Of a DNA stretch of 63,043 bases, positions 47,001 to 55,908 are shown one piece after another (positions within the stretch are counted from its first letter, which is position 1; each line of letters begins with the position of its first letter). The notes under the pieces were generated by a model. That model saw only the letters and a program-made list of their open reading frames with translations, did not search any database and was not told the origin of the DNA. This DNA is from a virus. Its lineage: Duplodnaviria > Caudoviricetes. Position numbers and translations under genes: made by a program. The stretch is from positions 1 to 63,043 of the IMG/VR virus record IMGVR_UViG_3300036945_000174; one strand, 5' to 3'.

Positions 47001-48407
47001 CCCAGCACAGGCATTAGAATAAACTTCATGAGTAGATATAGCGTCTATAAATTCTTGACTAGTGGCTAATTCATAAACACTTCCGTAATCTCTTTGTATA
47101 TTAAATACAAGATCGTACTCAAAGCTATTCTCAGGTGCGTCAGTATATGTAGCGTCACCTGAATAAGAGTCGTGCTGTAAGTTTATATTTATTGAAATAT
47201 ATGATCCGCTAATTAATGGAACTCCTGCTAAGTCTATATTAAACTGAGAATTATTAACTGTTTTTGTAGTTGACGAATCTATAGTGTATACCGTGCCGTT
47301 AGTTAAATCAACAGGTAACTCAACAAAGCCTACGTCTTCTGATATTAAACTTAAGTCGTAGTCAATATCTATTGTATTACCATTTTCATCAGATATATTA
47401 TACCCATCAACATAGTTTCCGTACATCAACCTATTGCCCATTGTTGTTTGGGCTTTAGCTAATCTAGGAACATTATCAAAAAGACGAAGTAGTTCGCTTT
47501 CTGTTAAAGTAGTATATATTTTTTTATTTGTAAACGATATCTCTTGAGTAGTATTATCAAACCACCCCTCTTGTTTTTTATTATACTTCTCTATAACATT
47601 TATAATGTTAGAGTCAGAAAATTTAAAACAAAGATCGATACCTACTACATTTTTATCTCCAGTATTGAAATTAACATTAACCGAATTAAATATATTTTCC
47701 ATTCCTGAATTTTCGAATGTAGAATAATCTATTCCGAAATTACCAGGTTCAAAGGCTATCTCACTAAATTGAGAAATAGCACTATACTCTCCGTCCTTAT
47801 ATTTATATCTATAAGCAAAAGATATAAACTTATCAGTTATGTAATTCTCTTCGTCTGGAACGAATGCAAGTGTAATATTAGGAGCAGATGATGGAGGAGC
47901 AACTATCACAGATATATCACTCTCATCAATTTGATCTATCCCAGATATCGGTTCAGGATAATTTCTAGTTACGTTTATTTTTCTTGGAGGATTTAAGTTA
48001 TCCGTCCAGAACAATAAATTATCTATTAAGTTTATACCGGTAACTAGGTACTCTGAATTAAAGTTAAGCACATCCTCAGATACAACGTGATACTTTAATA
48101 GTTTCTTGTCAGTATTAAACGACACAACCATATCTACGGCAGGAGATGCAACAAGCCAGTATATGGTCTCGTTAGATCCATCCTCGTACGCTCCAATACA
48201 GGTAGCGTCTACAAGAGGAGATCCGTTATACTGTAAGGTAGTTAATTTTATATTACCCTTAGTATTCTCTACAGCACCTATACTATTGTTCTCGGTAGAT
48301 CCTATTCTAATATTTAACGCATCAATGTACTCCCCAGCAGGGACTACACGCTCGTCAAAATCTTTGTTCATTCTACCGGCAATGAAATTTACATCAGCGT
48401 TTGCCAT
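44043..48407 (-). CDS. Tail stabilisation / nozzle-like protein
   Basis: F..GRMNKD.DER...GEY.DALN...LFWTDNLNPPRKIN; 1454 aa. Confidence 0.75.
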   Translation of the reverse strand: MANADVNFIAGRMNKDFDERVVPAGEYIDALNIRIGSTENNSIGAVENTKGNIKLTTLQYNGSPLVDATCIGAYEDGSNETIYWLVASPAVDMVVSFNTDKKLLKYHVVSEDVLNFNSEYLVTGINLIDNLLFWTDNLNPPRKINVTRNYPEPISGIDQIDESDISVIVAPPSSAPNITLAFVPDEENYITDKFISFAYRYKYKDGEYSAISQFSEIAFEPGNFGIDYSTFENSGMENIFNSVNVNFNTGDKNVVGIDLCFKFSDSNIINVIEKYNKKQEGWFDNTTQEISFTNKKIYTTLTESELLRLFDNVPRLAKAQTTMGNRLMYGNYVDGYNISDENGNTIDIDYDLSLISEDVGFVELPVDLTNGTVYTIDSSTTKTVNNSQFNIDLAGVPLISGSYISININLQHDSYSGDATYTDAPENSFEYDLVFNIQRDYGSVYELATSQEFIDAISTHEVYSNACAGTSLTDFFNCQIITKSGWNEVGSGISNVDGSFVISAALGSDMIGIQIPALKFSFETSPGVFVYAYEYLSSAIISATFSQLGAKQSLHSNRDYEVAIVYMDEYGRSSTALVDTNNTVFVPAYNSDKKNYIRVNINSLAPSWATKYKFVVKPSKSQYQVVYSNIYFQEDSGFTWFKLEGDNRSKVQENSTLIVKADSNGVLRNLVKTKVLALEAKGKDFIEGNKNAAEKDIIEPAGLYMKLKPSNFSANYTENSFIDEGEISEGGNYANLSYPCYIDNPLFGDPGELEFMPYDVPAGSLININFKVTRSSRGDSCGERTYTFDKSFTASQDYDSLFAFITGDHIDLTSGNSTGGDATVNENEFLETIGTYTGNIPTIPGTNQYQFQQDSANGRLFFVMKSGTPNCGGVDRRVSRVFCHIQVQRAESIMVFETEAAEANGETYFEGSESFDIIDGYHQGNVVNQSISNAFATVNLNFFDCFTFGNGVESYKIGDSLTGAPFYLGSRVTAVSQEDFKEAHRYAGITYSGVYNEETNVNKLNEFNLALANFKDCEKSFGPINILHGRKKDVLTLQEDKISYVLVEKNLLSDAAGGGAITSVPEVLGTQITRIEEYGISNDAASFAAWGEDIYFTDSKRTSVINLKGGASQADALTPISQLGMNGWFRDEFKDKVNYQKIGGYDPYLKEYVLSLTDNKLPTPIDVLECGFTISQDTANGELLFNLEFGNVIGEASFDYNFENGSANVDVSYDGITVIDEVVSGSGTLTFNKTKVNPTFATVTITPEEATYVLISNCTVADPITVIRMVINSPSNEGETIHNNYNWTIDGYTSPTNIDFVLLESDGVSLYDSNTDQPSVGVIPAIGSIVKMQSEKYITDTFNFDPLANSFKYLVSNTLYTESQINTLRPLLVEATPIVNPVTGKYESSFVYNNPNGYQYLYLVWDLTNAYSLDLCYDATDRIAACELCGETPHYSIDLCYDTTDSALACDCNV

Positions 48408-48412
48408 ATATA

Positions 48413-49330
48413 TTACTTAATCCATTTATCACGACCTCTCATATTCATCAATAATCTACCAGGATGAATATTACTCAATCTTATTTTTGCGTTTCTTAGA
48501 AGGGCTGTTTTATCCTTCTTGGCTCTATTAACTACGTACTCTTGCACACCGACTTTTGAATTTAGTATAGCATACTTTATATATGCATATATAAACTCTT
48601 CAGCAAGTTTATTAATACTAACCTTGGTATCGTCACCATTCTGCATTCCGTCAGAAATATACTCTAAAATACACAACTCTCCAGCCATTCCAGAACCAAA
48701 ATTAATAACGCCAGATGCTTTATCTATTCTATACGTTGGATTTATATTAGCTGTTTCGGTATTTAAACCGTAGTTGGCTCCAATAGAATAATCGAAGTAC
48801 CAGTTTTGATCTATATTTACACCTTCTCTACCGGCATACAATCCACTTCCAGGGTACATAGTCTTTTGTTTATTTGTAACCCTATCGTAATCTAAAATAG
48901 ATGTACCCTCAAGTACATTACCATCCTGATCAAATAATACCCTACAGTTATTATCTTGCAAGTAACTATTACTATAGTTAGTTTGGATGTTTTCAGTAAG
49001 AGGTCTTAGTACTCCGTCTTTATATAAAGATATTCTAACGTAATTTACGTAGTCGTTTGGTAATATAAACTTAAGATCATCACAAATACTAATCTCTAGT
49101 ACCTTAATCTCCTTAAGAGCATCGTAGTTTATTTCTTGAATTCCTCTCTTTGCGTGGAATAAAACATTATATCTCTGTACATTGTTTATTAACTTATCAT
49201 TACCAACATACATTAGCATAAAGTTATTTACAATATCATCTAAAGATATATACTGGTACGATCCCCAGTTCTCGCTTTCAGGTACATTACCTGAATTCTC
49301 ATAGTATTGATAACCAGTTAAATATGCCAT
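48413..49330 (-). CDS. Structural protein (adaptor/ring-like)
   Basis: LEYISDG motif; downstream of the capsid gene. Confidence 0.65.
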   Translation of the reverse strand: MAYLTGYQYYENSGNVPESENWGSYQYISLDDIVNNFMLMYVGNDKLINNVQRYNVLFHAKRGIQEINYDALKEIKVLEISICDDLKFILPNDYVNYVRISLYKDGVLRPLTENIQTNYSNSYLQDNNCRVLFDQDGNVLEGTSILDYDRVTNKQKTMYPGSGLYAGREGVNIDQNWYFDYSIGANYGLNTETANINPTYRIDKASGVINFGSGMAGELCILEYISDGMQNGDDTKVSINKLAEEFIYAYIKYAILNSKVGVQEYVVNRAKKDKTALLRNAKIRLSNIHPGRLLMNMRGRDKWIK

Positions 49331-49332
49331 TA

Positions 49333-50022
49333 TTATCCTTGAGTTTGTTGATTCTTAACTTCTTCTTGTGTCCCAAAAGTAAACACGTCTCCTTCTCTAA
49401 TAGATATACCAGCAAACTGAAGTATCTTAGCAGTCAGTAACGGTTCATCAGTTAGTGGTAATTCAAAGTCTTGATAGTCAGATGCTGATTGATCAAACAA
49501 AGGCTCTCCGCCTGACAATGAAGTATAAGTCCACTTAGGATCCTTAGGATATCTAATGTACTGAGTACTAACATTTGATGCTATAGACGTAGGATATACC
49601 TTAATACTATCTCCCTCTAAAACATAAGCAGGATATAATACTGAAGGAGCTGTTAGATTAGATGAAAGTAGATTTAGTATCTTATCTTGTGATACCCTGT
49701 CTATCTCTTTTGATCCGTATCTTACAGTATTTAAATAGTAAAAATCATTGGGTAAATTAAATACCGGACTTGAAAATGTTAGCGAAGCTGTCGAAGACAG
49801 ACTGTCAATAACCTCTTCTACGTTCTTAACTATATCTGCATATCCACTTCCAGACTGTCTAGCGTTCTGCTTTAGTATCCATGTATTGTACTGGTAGAAG
49901 TAGTCTTCAAATATATCTAACTGCGCTTGTTTAGCGTACAAGTTAAAATCATCTGGAGTAATATACCCAAAATTATTCTTGTTAGCTACAGACAATACAG
50001 TATTTCTTACTGAGTTTATCAT
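49333..50022 (-). CDS. Structural protein (adaptor/ring-like; start revised to 50022)
   Basis: MINSVRNTVL..NKNNFGYITP..FNLYAKQAQ; promoter box at 50039-50046. Confidence 0.7.
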   Translation of the reverse strand: MINSVRNTVLSVANKNNFGYITPDDFNLYAKQAQLDIFEDYFYQYNTWILKQNARQSGSGYADIVKNVEEVIDSLSSTASLTFSSPVFNLPNDFYYLNTVRYGSKEIDRVSQDKILNLLSSNLTAPSVLYPAYVLEGDSIKVYPTSIASNVSTQYIRYPKDPKWTYTSLSGGEPLFDQSASDYQDFELPLTDEPLLTAKILQFAGISIREGDVFTFGTQEEVKNQQTQG

Positions 50023-50048
50023 TCTTAAAAACTTTTTACAAAGATAAT

Positions 50049-50076
50049 AAAAAAAAGCGCCCTGTAAAAGAGCGCC
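50049..50076 (-). terminator. Intrinsic terminator
   Basis: GGCGCTC/GGGCGCT stem plus T tract on the minus strand. Confidence 0.75.
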
Positions 50077-50100
50077 TTCAAGCATAAAAAGAAAAGTAAT

Positions 50101-50841
50101 TTACTCGATTTTATTTTCAAGTAATCTCAATACTTCAATACCTTCATCTGTCTGTAGGTAAGAAGCTAATATGTAAATATGATTTTCCCCGAAAGGTACT
50201 GTCAATAATTTTTTCTTGTTTTGTGGAAGATTAAAATAGATATCTCTACCTTTATTCTTTAACTTTAATAAGTCATACTCAAAGAATTTAGCACATGTGT
50301 TACGTAACTGCAACATTGGATCATTCAACATCTCTAAGAATGACATTGGATAATTTCTTGCATAAACAAATACGTCACGCTTTAATTCAGCAGTAGACAT
50401 TTTATCAATTTTAGATCCTAATAGAACTCTAGCTACAGCCTCTAAAGAGTCAATATCTAAGTCTCTCGCTGCAATTTGAGCGTCTAATTCATTTGTTAAC
50501 TTATCAATATCAGATGAAGCGTCCTTTTCGGTATTAACTTCTTCGAATACTTGTCCATTACCAGGATGTAGTTCTAAAAAATATTGTAAAACTGGATTTG
50601 TTTTTGAAACTTTTAAAGCTCCGTCCACAAACACAATAGGTTCTAAAATAGCGTTACCATCCTGCTCGTCTTCGAACGGGCTTCTTTGGTTAACTGCATA
50701 TCTTAATGGTCTGTTTGATTTTCCGTCGAAGTGTAGTAACGGAGATCTACGTGTGTTTCTTGATGCTAACATGTAAGATAGCGGGGTGTTTTTTTTCTTA
50801 AGTACGTACATCTTGTCTGTACTTGAAATTTGATTTGCCAT
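50101..50841 (-). CDS. Hypothetical protein downstream of the capsid gene
   Basis: 246-aa ORF. Confidence 0.65.
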   Translation of the reverse strand: MANQISSTDKMYVLKKKNTPLSYMLASRNTRRSPLLHFDGKSNRPLRYAVNQRSPFEDEQDGNAILEPIVFVDGALKVSKTNPVLQYFLELHPGNGQVFEEVNTEKDASSDIDKLTNELDAQIAARDLDIDSLEAVARVLLGSKIDKMSTAELKRDVFVYARNYPMSFLEMLNDPMLQLRNTCAKFFEYDLLKLKNKGRDIYFNLPQNKKKLLTVPFGENHIYILASYLQTDEGIEVLRLLENKIE

Positions 50842-50860
50842 TTGATAAGATTTTAAATTT

Positions 50861-50892
50861 AAAAAAAATAACCAGGGCTGTTACACCCTGGT
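50861..50892 (-). terminator. Intrinsic terminator after the major capsid gene
   Basis: ACCAGGG/CCCTGGT stem plus T tract on the minus strand. Confidence 0.75.
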
Positions 50893-50909
50893 ATATTGTT
50901 AACTATTTT

Positions 50910-52310
50910 CTAGTTCTCGAACAAGAAGAAGTTGTTAGCACCTAAAGTACATAAAGCTCTTTCTGACAAGAAGTGAACTTCCATAGCATCTAAGCTAGAA
51001 GTTTGTGCTCCACCAGCAGAACCAGTAATCCAAGTTTTGTAACGTCTGTCTTCAGTTTCAGAAGCTCTATAACGAACGTGTAAGAATGGACGTTTAGCGT
51101 TTTTACCAAGTACTTGATCGTAAACAGTAGTAGATCCAGCAGGAACTAATACACCATTGATAGCACCTCCAACAACTCCACCTCTAAGTGTAGCGTCGTT
51201 TAGGTATTTCCAGTCAGTTTTGTAGAAATCGTAACCTCTACGGAATCCTGTAAATCCTAAGTTTAATGCCATTTCTTTATCGTTGTCGAACAATCCGTAA
51301 GATGTTCCACCAGCTCCGTAAGAGTTTTGAGCAGCCAACATATCGTCAATATCAAAAGAGAACTGACGGTTGATGAACAATACATTCTCTTCGATAGCTC
51401 CTTGCTTATCTAAACGTTGGATGATAGCATCAAAATCAGATAAAGCAGTTGGGTTACCACCTGACCATACGTTACCTCTTTGTCCTACAGCGTAGAATAA
51501 ACCTTCTGATCCTTTATTTCCAAAAGCAGTATTAGCTACAGCTCCAGAGTTAGCCTCAGCAGGAACAGCTTCGATCATAGACATTTCTAAGTAATCTTCG
51601 AAACGCAAACGAGTTTCGTGCTCAGATTTAATGTACCATAAGTATCCAGTAGCTCCGTTTTCAGTAGTTACTTCAACCCATCCGATTTGAGCCATGTCAG
51701 AACCAGAAACAGCGTACTTCTCTTTGATGATGATTGGGCTGTTTTCGAAGATGTCGTCTTGAGCCTCTAAAGATTCAGTTTGACCTTCAGTTCCTTTTTT
51801 GAATTCAGAACCATAAACGAAAGCAGTTACTGTAGCAGTAGCAGCGAAAGACTGTCCAGCAGCCTCGTAGTAAGCTACGTCAAAAGTACCAGCAGCATAA
51901 TCAACAGAAGTAATGATAGCTTTGTTTGAGTTAGCAGCAGCAGCGTTATCTGATAAGAAAACTGTTTGCCCTGGTTTGAAAGCGATAGATCCTGTTAAAG
52001 TATCATCAACTGTAATTGTAGCAGTATCTCCACCTACAGCTGCATCAGAAGAACAGTCAATGTATTTAGTGTGAAGACGACCTTGTTCTGCCCATTTGAT
52101 AAGGTCTGAGTTAGACGGCATCTCAGCTCCTACTGCTCTTAAGAAAGATGCAACAGAACGATTTCCGTAACGCTCGAATTCTTTCTCATAAGTATCAGGA
52201 AGATACTGATTCAAGAAGTCGAAATTTGTGATGTAGTTAGTGCTTAATGTTTGTCTTGTAGCACTAGGTTGTAATGCAAACCCTGGGGTTGCTTGTACTG
52301 ATCCAGCCAT
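50910..52310 (-). CDS. Major capsid protein
   Basis: 466 aa after portal and scaffold; strongly biased codons; own terminator. Confidence 0.85.
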   Translation of the reverse strand: MAGSVQATPGFALQPSATRQTLSTNYITNFDFLNQYLPDTYEKEFERYGNRSVASFLRAVGAEMPSNSDLIKWAEQGRLHTKYIDCSSDAAVGGDTATITVDDTLTGSIAFKPGQTVFLSDNAAAANSNKAIITSVDYAAGTFDVAYYEAAGQSFAATATVTAFVYGSEFKKGTEGQTESLEAQDDIFENSPIIIKEKYAVSGSDMAQIGWVEVTTENGATGYLWYIKSEHETRLRFEDYLEMSMIEAVPAEANSGAVANTAFGNKGSEGLFYAVGQRGNVWSGGNPTALSDFDAIIQRLDKQGAIEENVLFINRQFSFDIDDMLAAQNSYGAGGTSYGLFDNDKEMALNLGFTGFRRGYDFYKTDWKYLNDATLRGGVVGGAINGVLVPAGSTTVYDQVLGKNAKRPFLHVRYRASETEDRRYKTWITGSAGGAQTSSLDAMEVHFLSERALCTLGANNFFLFEN

Positions 52311-52329
52311 TTTGTTTTAGTTTTGTTTG

Positions 52330-53430
52330 TTATTTTTTATTACTTTTTATTCTTAGTCCTCTTCCGCTATCTCCATCAGATGCAACAACTTTAAATCCAG
52401 ACTGAGCAATTGATTGAGGAGAATTTCTCATCTCCATATCAATATTCTTAATTCTTTTGGTGTTATCTAATAACGCCTCTGCTCTACCTTGTTCGTAAAA
52501 GAACTTAGCAACTTTTTCTGGATTCATAGCGGCAGCTAATGAACGATGATAACCAACGTGGTCTGAAATCAATCCATTCTCATCTAAATACTTAGATATA
52601 AAATTGGTAACATCAGATTGTGCTCTCTTAGTCTCTGTAACGTCTCCTGGTAAAAACTTAATTGTCTTATCTCCTACATTGAAATCAAAACCTTTGAATT
52701 CATCAGAGAAAAGTTCTTCAGTCTTCTTTTGAAAGTATTGAGACTTTCTAAGATTCTCTTCTTGTTGATTACTGGAATCTTGAACATATTTCTTGTAAGC
52801 CTCGTAAGCTTCTTTTTCGTCATCAGAAACAGAACTACCTTTTGACTCAAGAGGCGTCTTATATGTTTCCTTATACTCATCAAAAAACTTCTTAGCTTTA
52901 GCAAGCTCTTTTTTCTTAGCGATTTCCTTTTTCTTGATGTCCTTTGGATCATCAAACTCTTCATCGTAAGCAAACTTATCTTCGATCATATATTGAATAT
53001 CATCTCTGTCTAAGTCCTCTTCTGTTTGAGAGTAGTACTCAACTAATAAATCATCCGGATCCATGTCGTCAAAGTTTCTGTTTAGTTTAACAAAATCTTC
53101 AATTCCACGTCCAGTTTCCTTTTTGTATTTAAAATACGCAGCTACGTCCTCTGGTAAGTCCTCTTTCTTCTCTTCTCTCTCTGAGATAAGATCATTAATA
53201 GAGTTTACTTCCTTTCCGTATCTGTTTTTAATATATGAAAGAACGTCATTATCTTCTAGCTCTGCCCTTGATGGCTCTGCTGGTAATTCTACTTCAGGTT
53301 CGTTTTGAACTTCTACATGCTCTGGTTCAGCAATACTCTCCTCATGCTTATCCAATAACTCTTGTTCAACTTCCTGTACTGATTTTTGCTCGGCGACACC
53401 TAGGTCCCTTACAGTAAAAGTGTTTTCCAT
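52330..53430 (-). CDS. Putative capsid scaffolding protein
   Basis: Acidic and helical; between portal and capsid genes; TAACTTTG box at 53447-53454. Confidence 0.7.
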   Translation of the reverse strand: MENTFTVRDLGVAEQKSVQEVEQELLDKHEESIAEPEHVEVQNEPEVELPAEPSRAELEDNDVLSYIKNRYGKEVNSINDLISEREEKKEDLPEDVAAYFKYKKETGRGIEDFVKLNRNFDDMDPDDLLVEYYSQTEEDLDRDDIQYMIEDKFAYDEEFDDPKDIKKKEIAKKKELAKAKKFFDEYKETYKTPLESKGSSVSDDEKEAYEAYKKYVQDSSNQQEENLRKSQYFQKKTEELFSDEFKGFDFNVGDKTIKFLPGDVTETKRAQSDVTNFISKYLDENGLISDHVGYHRSLAAAMNPEKVAKFFYEQGRAEALLDNTKRIKNIDMEMRNSPQSIAQSGFKVVASDGDSGRGLRIKSNKK

Positions 53431-53472
53431 TTGATTTAATTTTTTGCAAAGTTACTTAATTATAATTTTATA

Positions 53473-55908
53473 CTATCTAGGCTCGAATTCAGCTAGGTCA
53501 AACCCATCTAAACTGTCCTCTGTAGACTCAAAGTTCATTGGAGGAAGATTATTTTTTCGTTGATCAATTAGTTTAGACTGCTGTGTGTTTTGTAGACTTA
53601 TACGTTTGTCTTTAGCTTCTTCTTTTAATTGCTCTTTTGTTTTGGTAGTTTCGAATTCAGCTCCTTTAAGTTGCATCTGCATTTGGAATTCCATCTGCAT
53701 AAGCTCCATCTTTAATTGAGCCTCGCTCTTCATCTTTTCTATTTCATAGGCAACCTCTGCCTGCTTAATCTGCATTTTTGACTGAGTCTCAGCCTGTATA
53801 TTTTGCATTGCAGTCTGAGCTGCCATTTGTTGTGACTGCATTTGGATCTGACCTTGCATTTGTTGCTTAGCCTGCTCGTTCTTTTGCAGTTGCTCTTCCT
53901 TCTTCTTTCTCTTAAGTTTAAGCAACTGATTAGCTAGTTTAAGATTTCTCATCTCTCTAATATCAATCGCATCCTCTAAGTAAATAGAGTCACGAGATAA
54001 TGCCAAACTAATATTCTGTTCTAATTGAGCTTTTTCTTCTTCGTCTGGCGATACCTCGATAAAGATACCAAAGTCATAAATATATAAGTCCTTAATTTCG
54101 TCCAGTATACCTACGTTGTATTTACCAATTTGATTGATAAATTCTTCTTTAAAGTCAGAGTATTCTAAAATATCAGCTACTCTATATGAGATGGCTTCAG
54201 CTAATGATTTAGTAACAAATAAGCTAGACTCTAGTATATGTCTTGTAGCTGTATTAGAATTAAGAGCGGCTAACTTCTGAACACCAACTAATGAGTTAGG
54301 GTCAGGATTTGATCCGTCTCTTGCCTCATTAAGTCCTGTAACATCTCTAATCATACTTAGATAGTGATTATAACTACCTACTAAACTAGCTATTTTACCT
54401 TGTCCACTATTAGAGTTAAGCTCTTGAATTGGAACCCTAGCGTTATTGAATTCTCCATCTCCTGTGTAACTTCTACCAATTACACTACCTGTCTGGAAGT
54501 ATAATCTTAAAGCATCTTCAGGATTGTATGCTGCTCCGTTACCTAAGTCAACCTCGTTTAGTCCGTCAGCGTCAATAAATACACCGTCAGGAACTACCTT
54601 AGCAATAACTTGTTGTAACTTCAAGTGTGTCATCTGAATTAAATCAGCAAAAGGAATCATTCTCTTAACAAGAGACTCTATATTTCCTTTATACATTCTT
54701 GGAGCAACCGCTACGTAATTAGGTATAGCGTGCTGTGAAGCTGATTTAGGTCTAACCATGTTACGAGACAACTCCCACTTCAACATGATATTAGTACCCA
54801 TAACCATTACACCGTCATACCAAACATCGATAGTCTTCTCTATTTTTTCAAAACGACCCTCTTCCATCATCTCTTGTGGAGGATTGAATGTATCGTCTTT
54901 TTCTATCATTTTAAAACTTCCGTCTTCAAGTATCTTTTTCTTATATACTATCTTCTTGGTTGTCTTATAGTTTACATATAATAAAGTAGCCGTATCATTA
55001 CTGAATAAGCTATTATTATAAAATTGAGCCGAATTATAATAATCATACCACGACTGACTGTACTTAGAAATTTCTTCTAAATCTTCATTGGTAAGTGTAG
55101 GATCTATTTTAACAAGTTCTGTAATCGGAACAGTCTTAATTTCCCCCCAATAAAAACAGTCCTTAAAGTAAGGATCCTCTGTGTAGCTATACACTACATT
55201 AGCCGGATCAACATACTCTATTCTTACTCCGTCACCAGGAAGGAACATGTGCTTAGCCATACCGATACCAATTGTAGCGATATCGTAGTCTACTCTCTTT
55301 CTAGTTTCGTTATATTTATTTTCGTCAAGTACAGTATTAATAGCCTCTTCTTCGGCTATCTCAATAGCAGGCTTGTACTTAAGCTGCATATATAATGAAA
55401 GCTCCTCGTCATTCTCAGGTAAGTCATCAGGATTAGTATCAAATGCATTAACACCAAACTGCTCCTTAACTTGAAGTAACATGTCCTTAGATACCATATC
55501 AGCCTGTATCATGTCCTGATACTTAGATCTCTTGTCCATAGACATGGCGTCCTGAGCGTAGGCCTTAGGCTTAAATAATCTATCGTTCATTCCGTTAACA
55601 ACGATGTCAACGAACTTAGGTATAATAGGTACCGGAGTAAAGTCAAGGTTAGTATGAGACAAGTCACCATCAACGGCTATCTGGTCCTTATACTTACCTA
55701 TAGACTGCTCACCCCTTGCGTATAATCTTAGTTTATGGAAGTTACCCCACTGATCATAGAATCTTGAGTTATTCCCGTCCTTTCTAAACCACTCGTACTG
55801 AATACTTTGTGATATCTGCAATCCATACTCAAAGGTTTCCTTTTCCCTGTCTGAAGCAAACTGGTTTGGAAAAGCAGTTGCAGGTATATTTATTTTTACG
55901 TCTTTCAT
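53473..55908 (-). CDS. Portal protein
   Basis: 811 aa after terminase; PVPIIPKFVDIVVNG; Q/M-rich C-terminal coil. Confidence 0.85.
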   Translation of the reverse strand: MKDVKINIPATAFPNQFASDREKETFEYGLQISQSIQYEWFRKDGNNSRFYDQWGNFHKLRLYARGEQSIGKYKDQIAVDGDLSHTNLDFTPVPIIPKFVDIVVNGMNDRLFKPKAYAQDAMSMDKRSKYQDMIQADMVSKDMLLQVKEQFGVNAFDTNPDDLPENDEELSLYMQLKYKPAIEIAEEEAINTVLDENKYNETRKRVDYDIATIGIGMAKHMFLPGDGVRIEYVDPANVVYSYTEDPYFKDCFYWGEIKTVPITELVKIDPTLTNEDLEEISKYSQSWYDYYNSAQFYNNSLFSNDTATLLYVNYKTTKKIVYKKKILEDGSFKMIEKDDTFNPPQEMMEEGRFEKIEKTIDVWYDGVMVMGTNIMLKWELSRNMVRPKSASQHAIPNYVAVAPRMYKGNIESLVKRMIPFADLIQMTHLKLQQVIAKVVPDGVFIDADGLNEVDLGNGAAYNPEDALRLYFQTGSVIGRSYTGDGEFNNARVPIQELNSNSGQGKIASLVGSYNHYLSMIRDVTGLNEARDGSNPDPNSLVGVQKLAALNSNTATRHILESSLFVTKSLAEAISYRVADILEYSDFKEEFINQIGKYNVGILDEIKDLYIYDFGIFIEVSPDEEEKAQLEQNISLALSRDSIYLEDAIDIREMRNLKLANQLLKLKRKKKEEQLQKNEQAKQQMQGQIQMQSQQMAAQTAMQNIQAETQSKMQIKQAEVAYEIEKMKSEAQLKMELMQMEFQMQMQLKGAEFETTKTKEQLKEEAKDKRISLQNTQQSKLIDQRKNNLPPMNFESTEDSLDGFDLAEFEPR

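Noticed and set aside
42857-50085. Extended N-termini in the ORF track (42943, 50085; also 5532, 13199, 14054)
   Set aside because: They run through promoter boxes, terminators, a ribozyme or neighbouring genes; downstream ATGs fit better.
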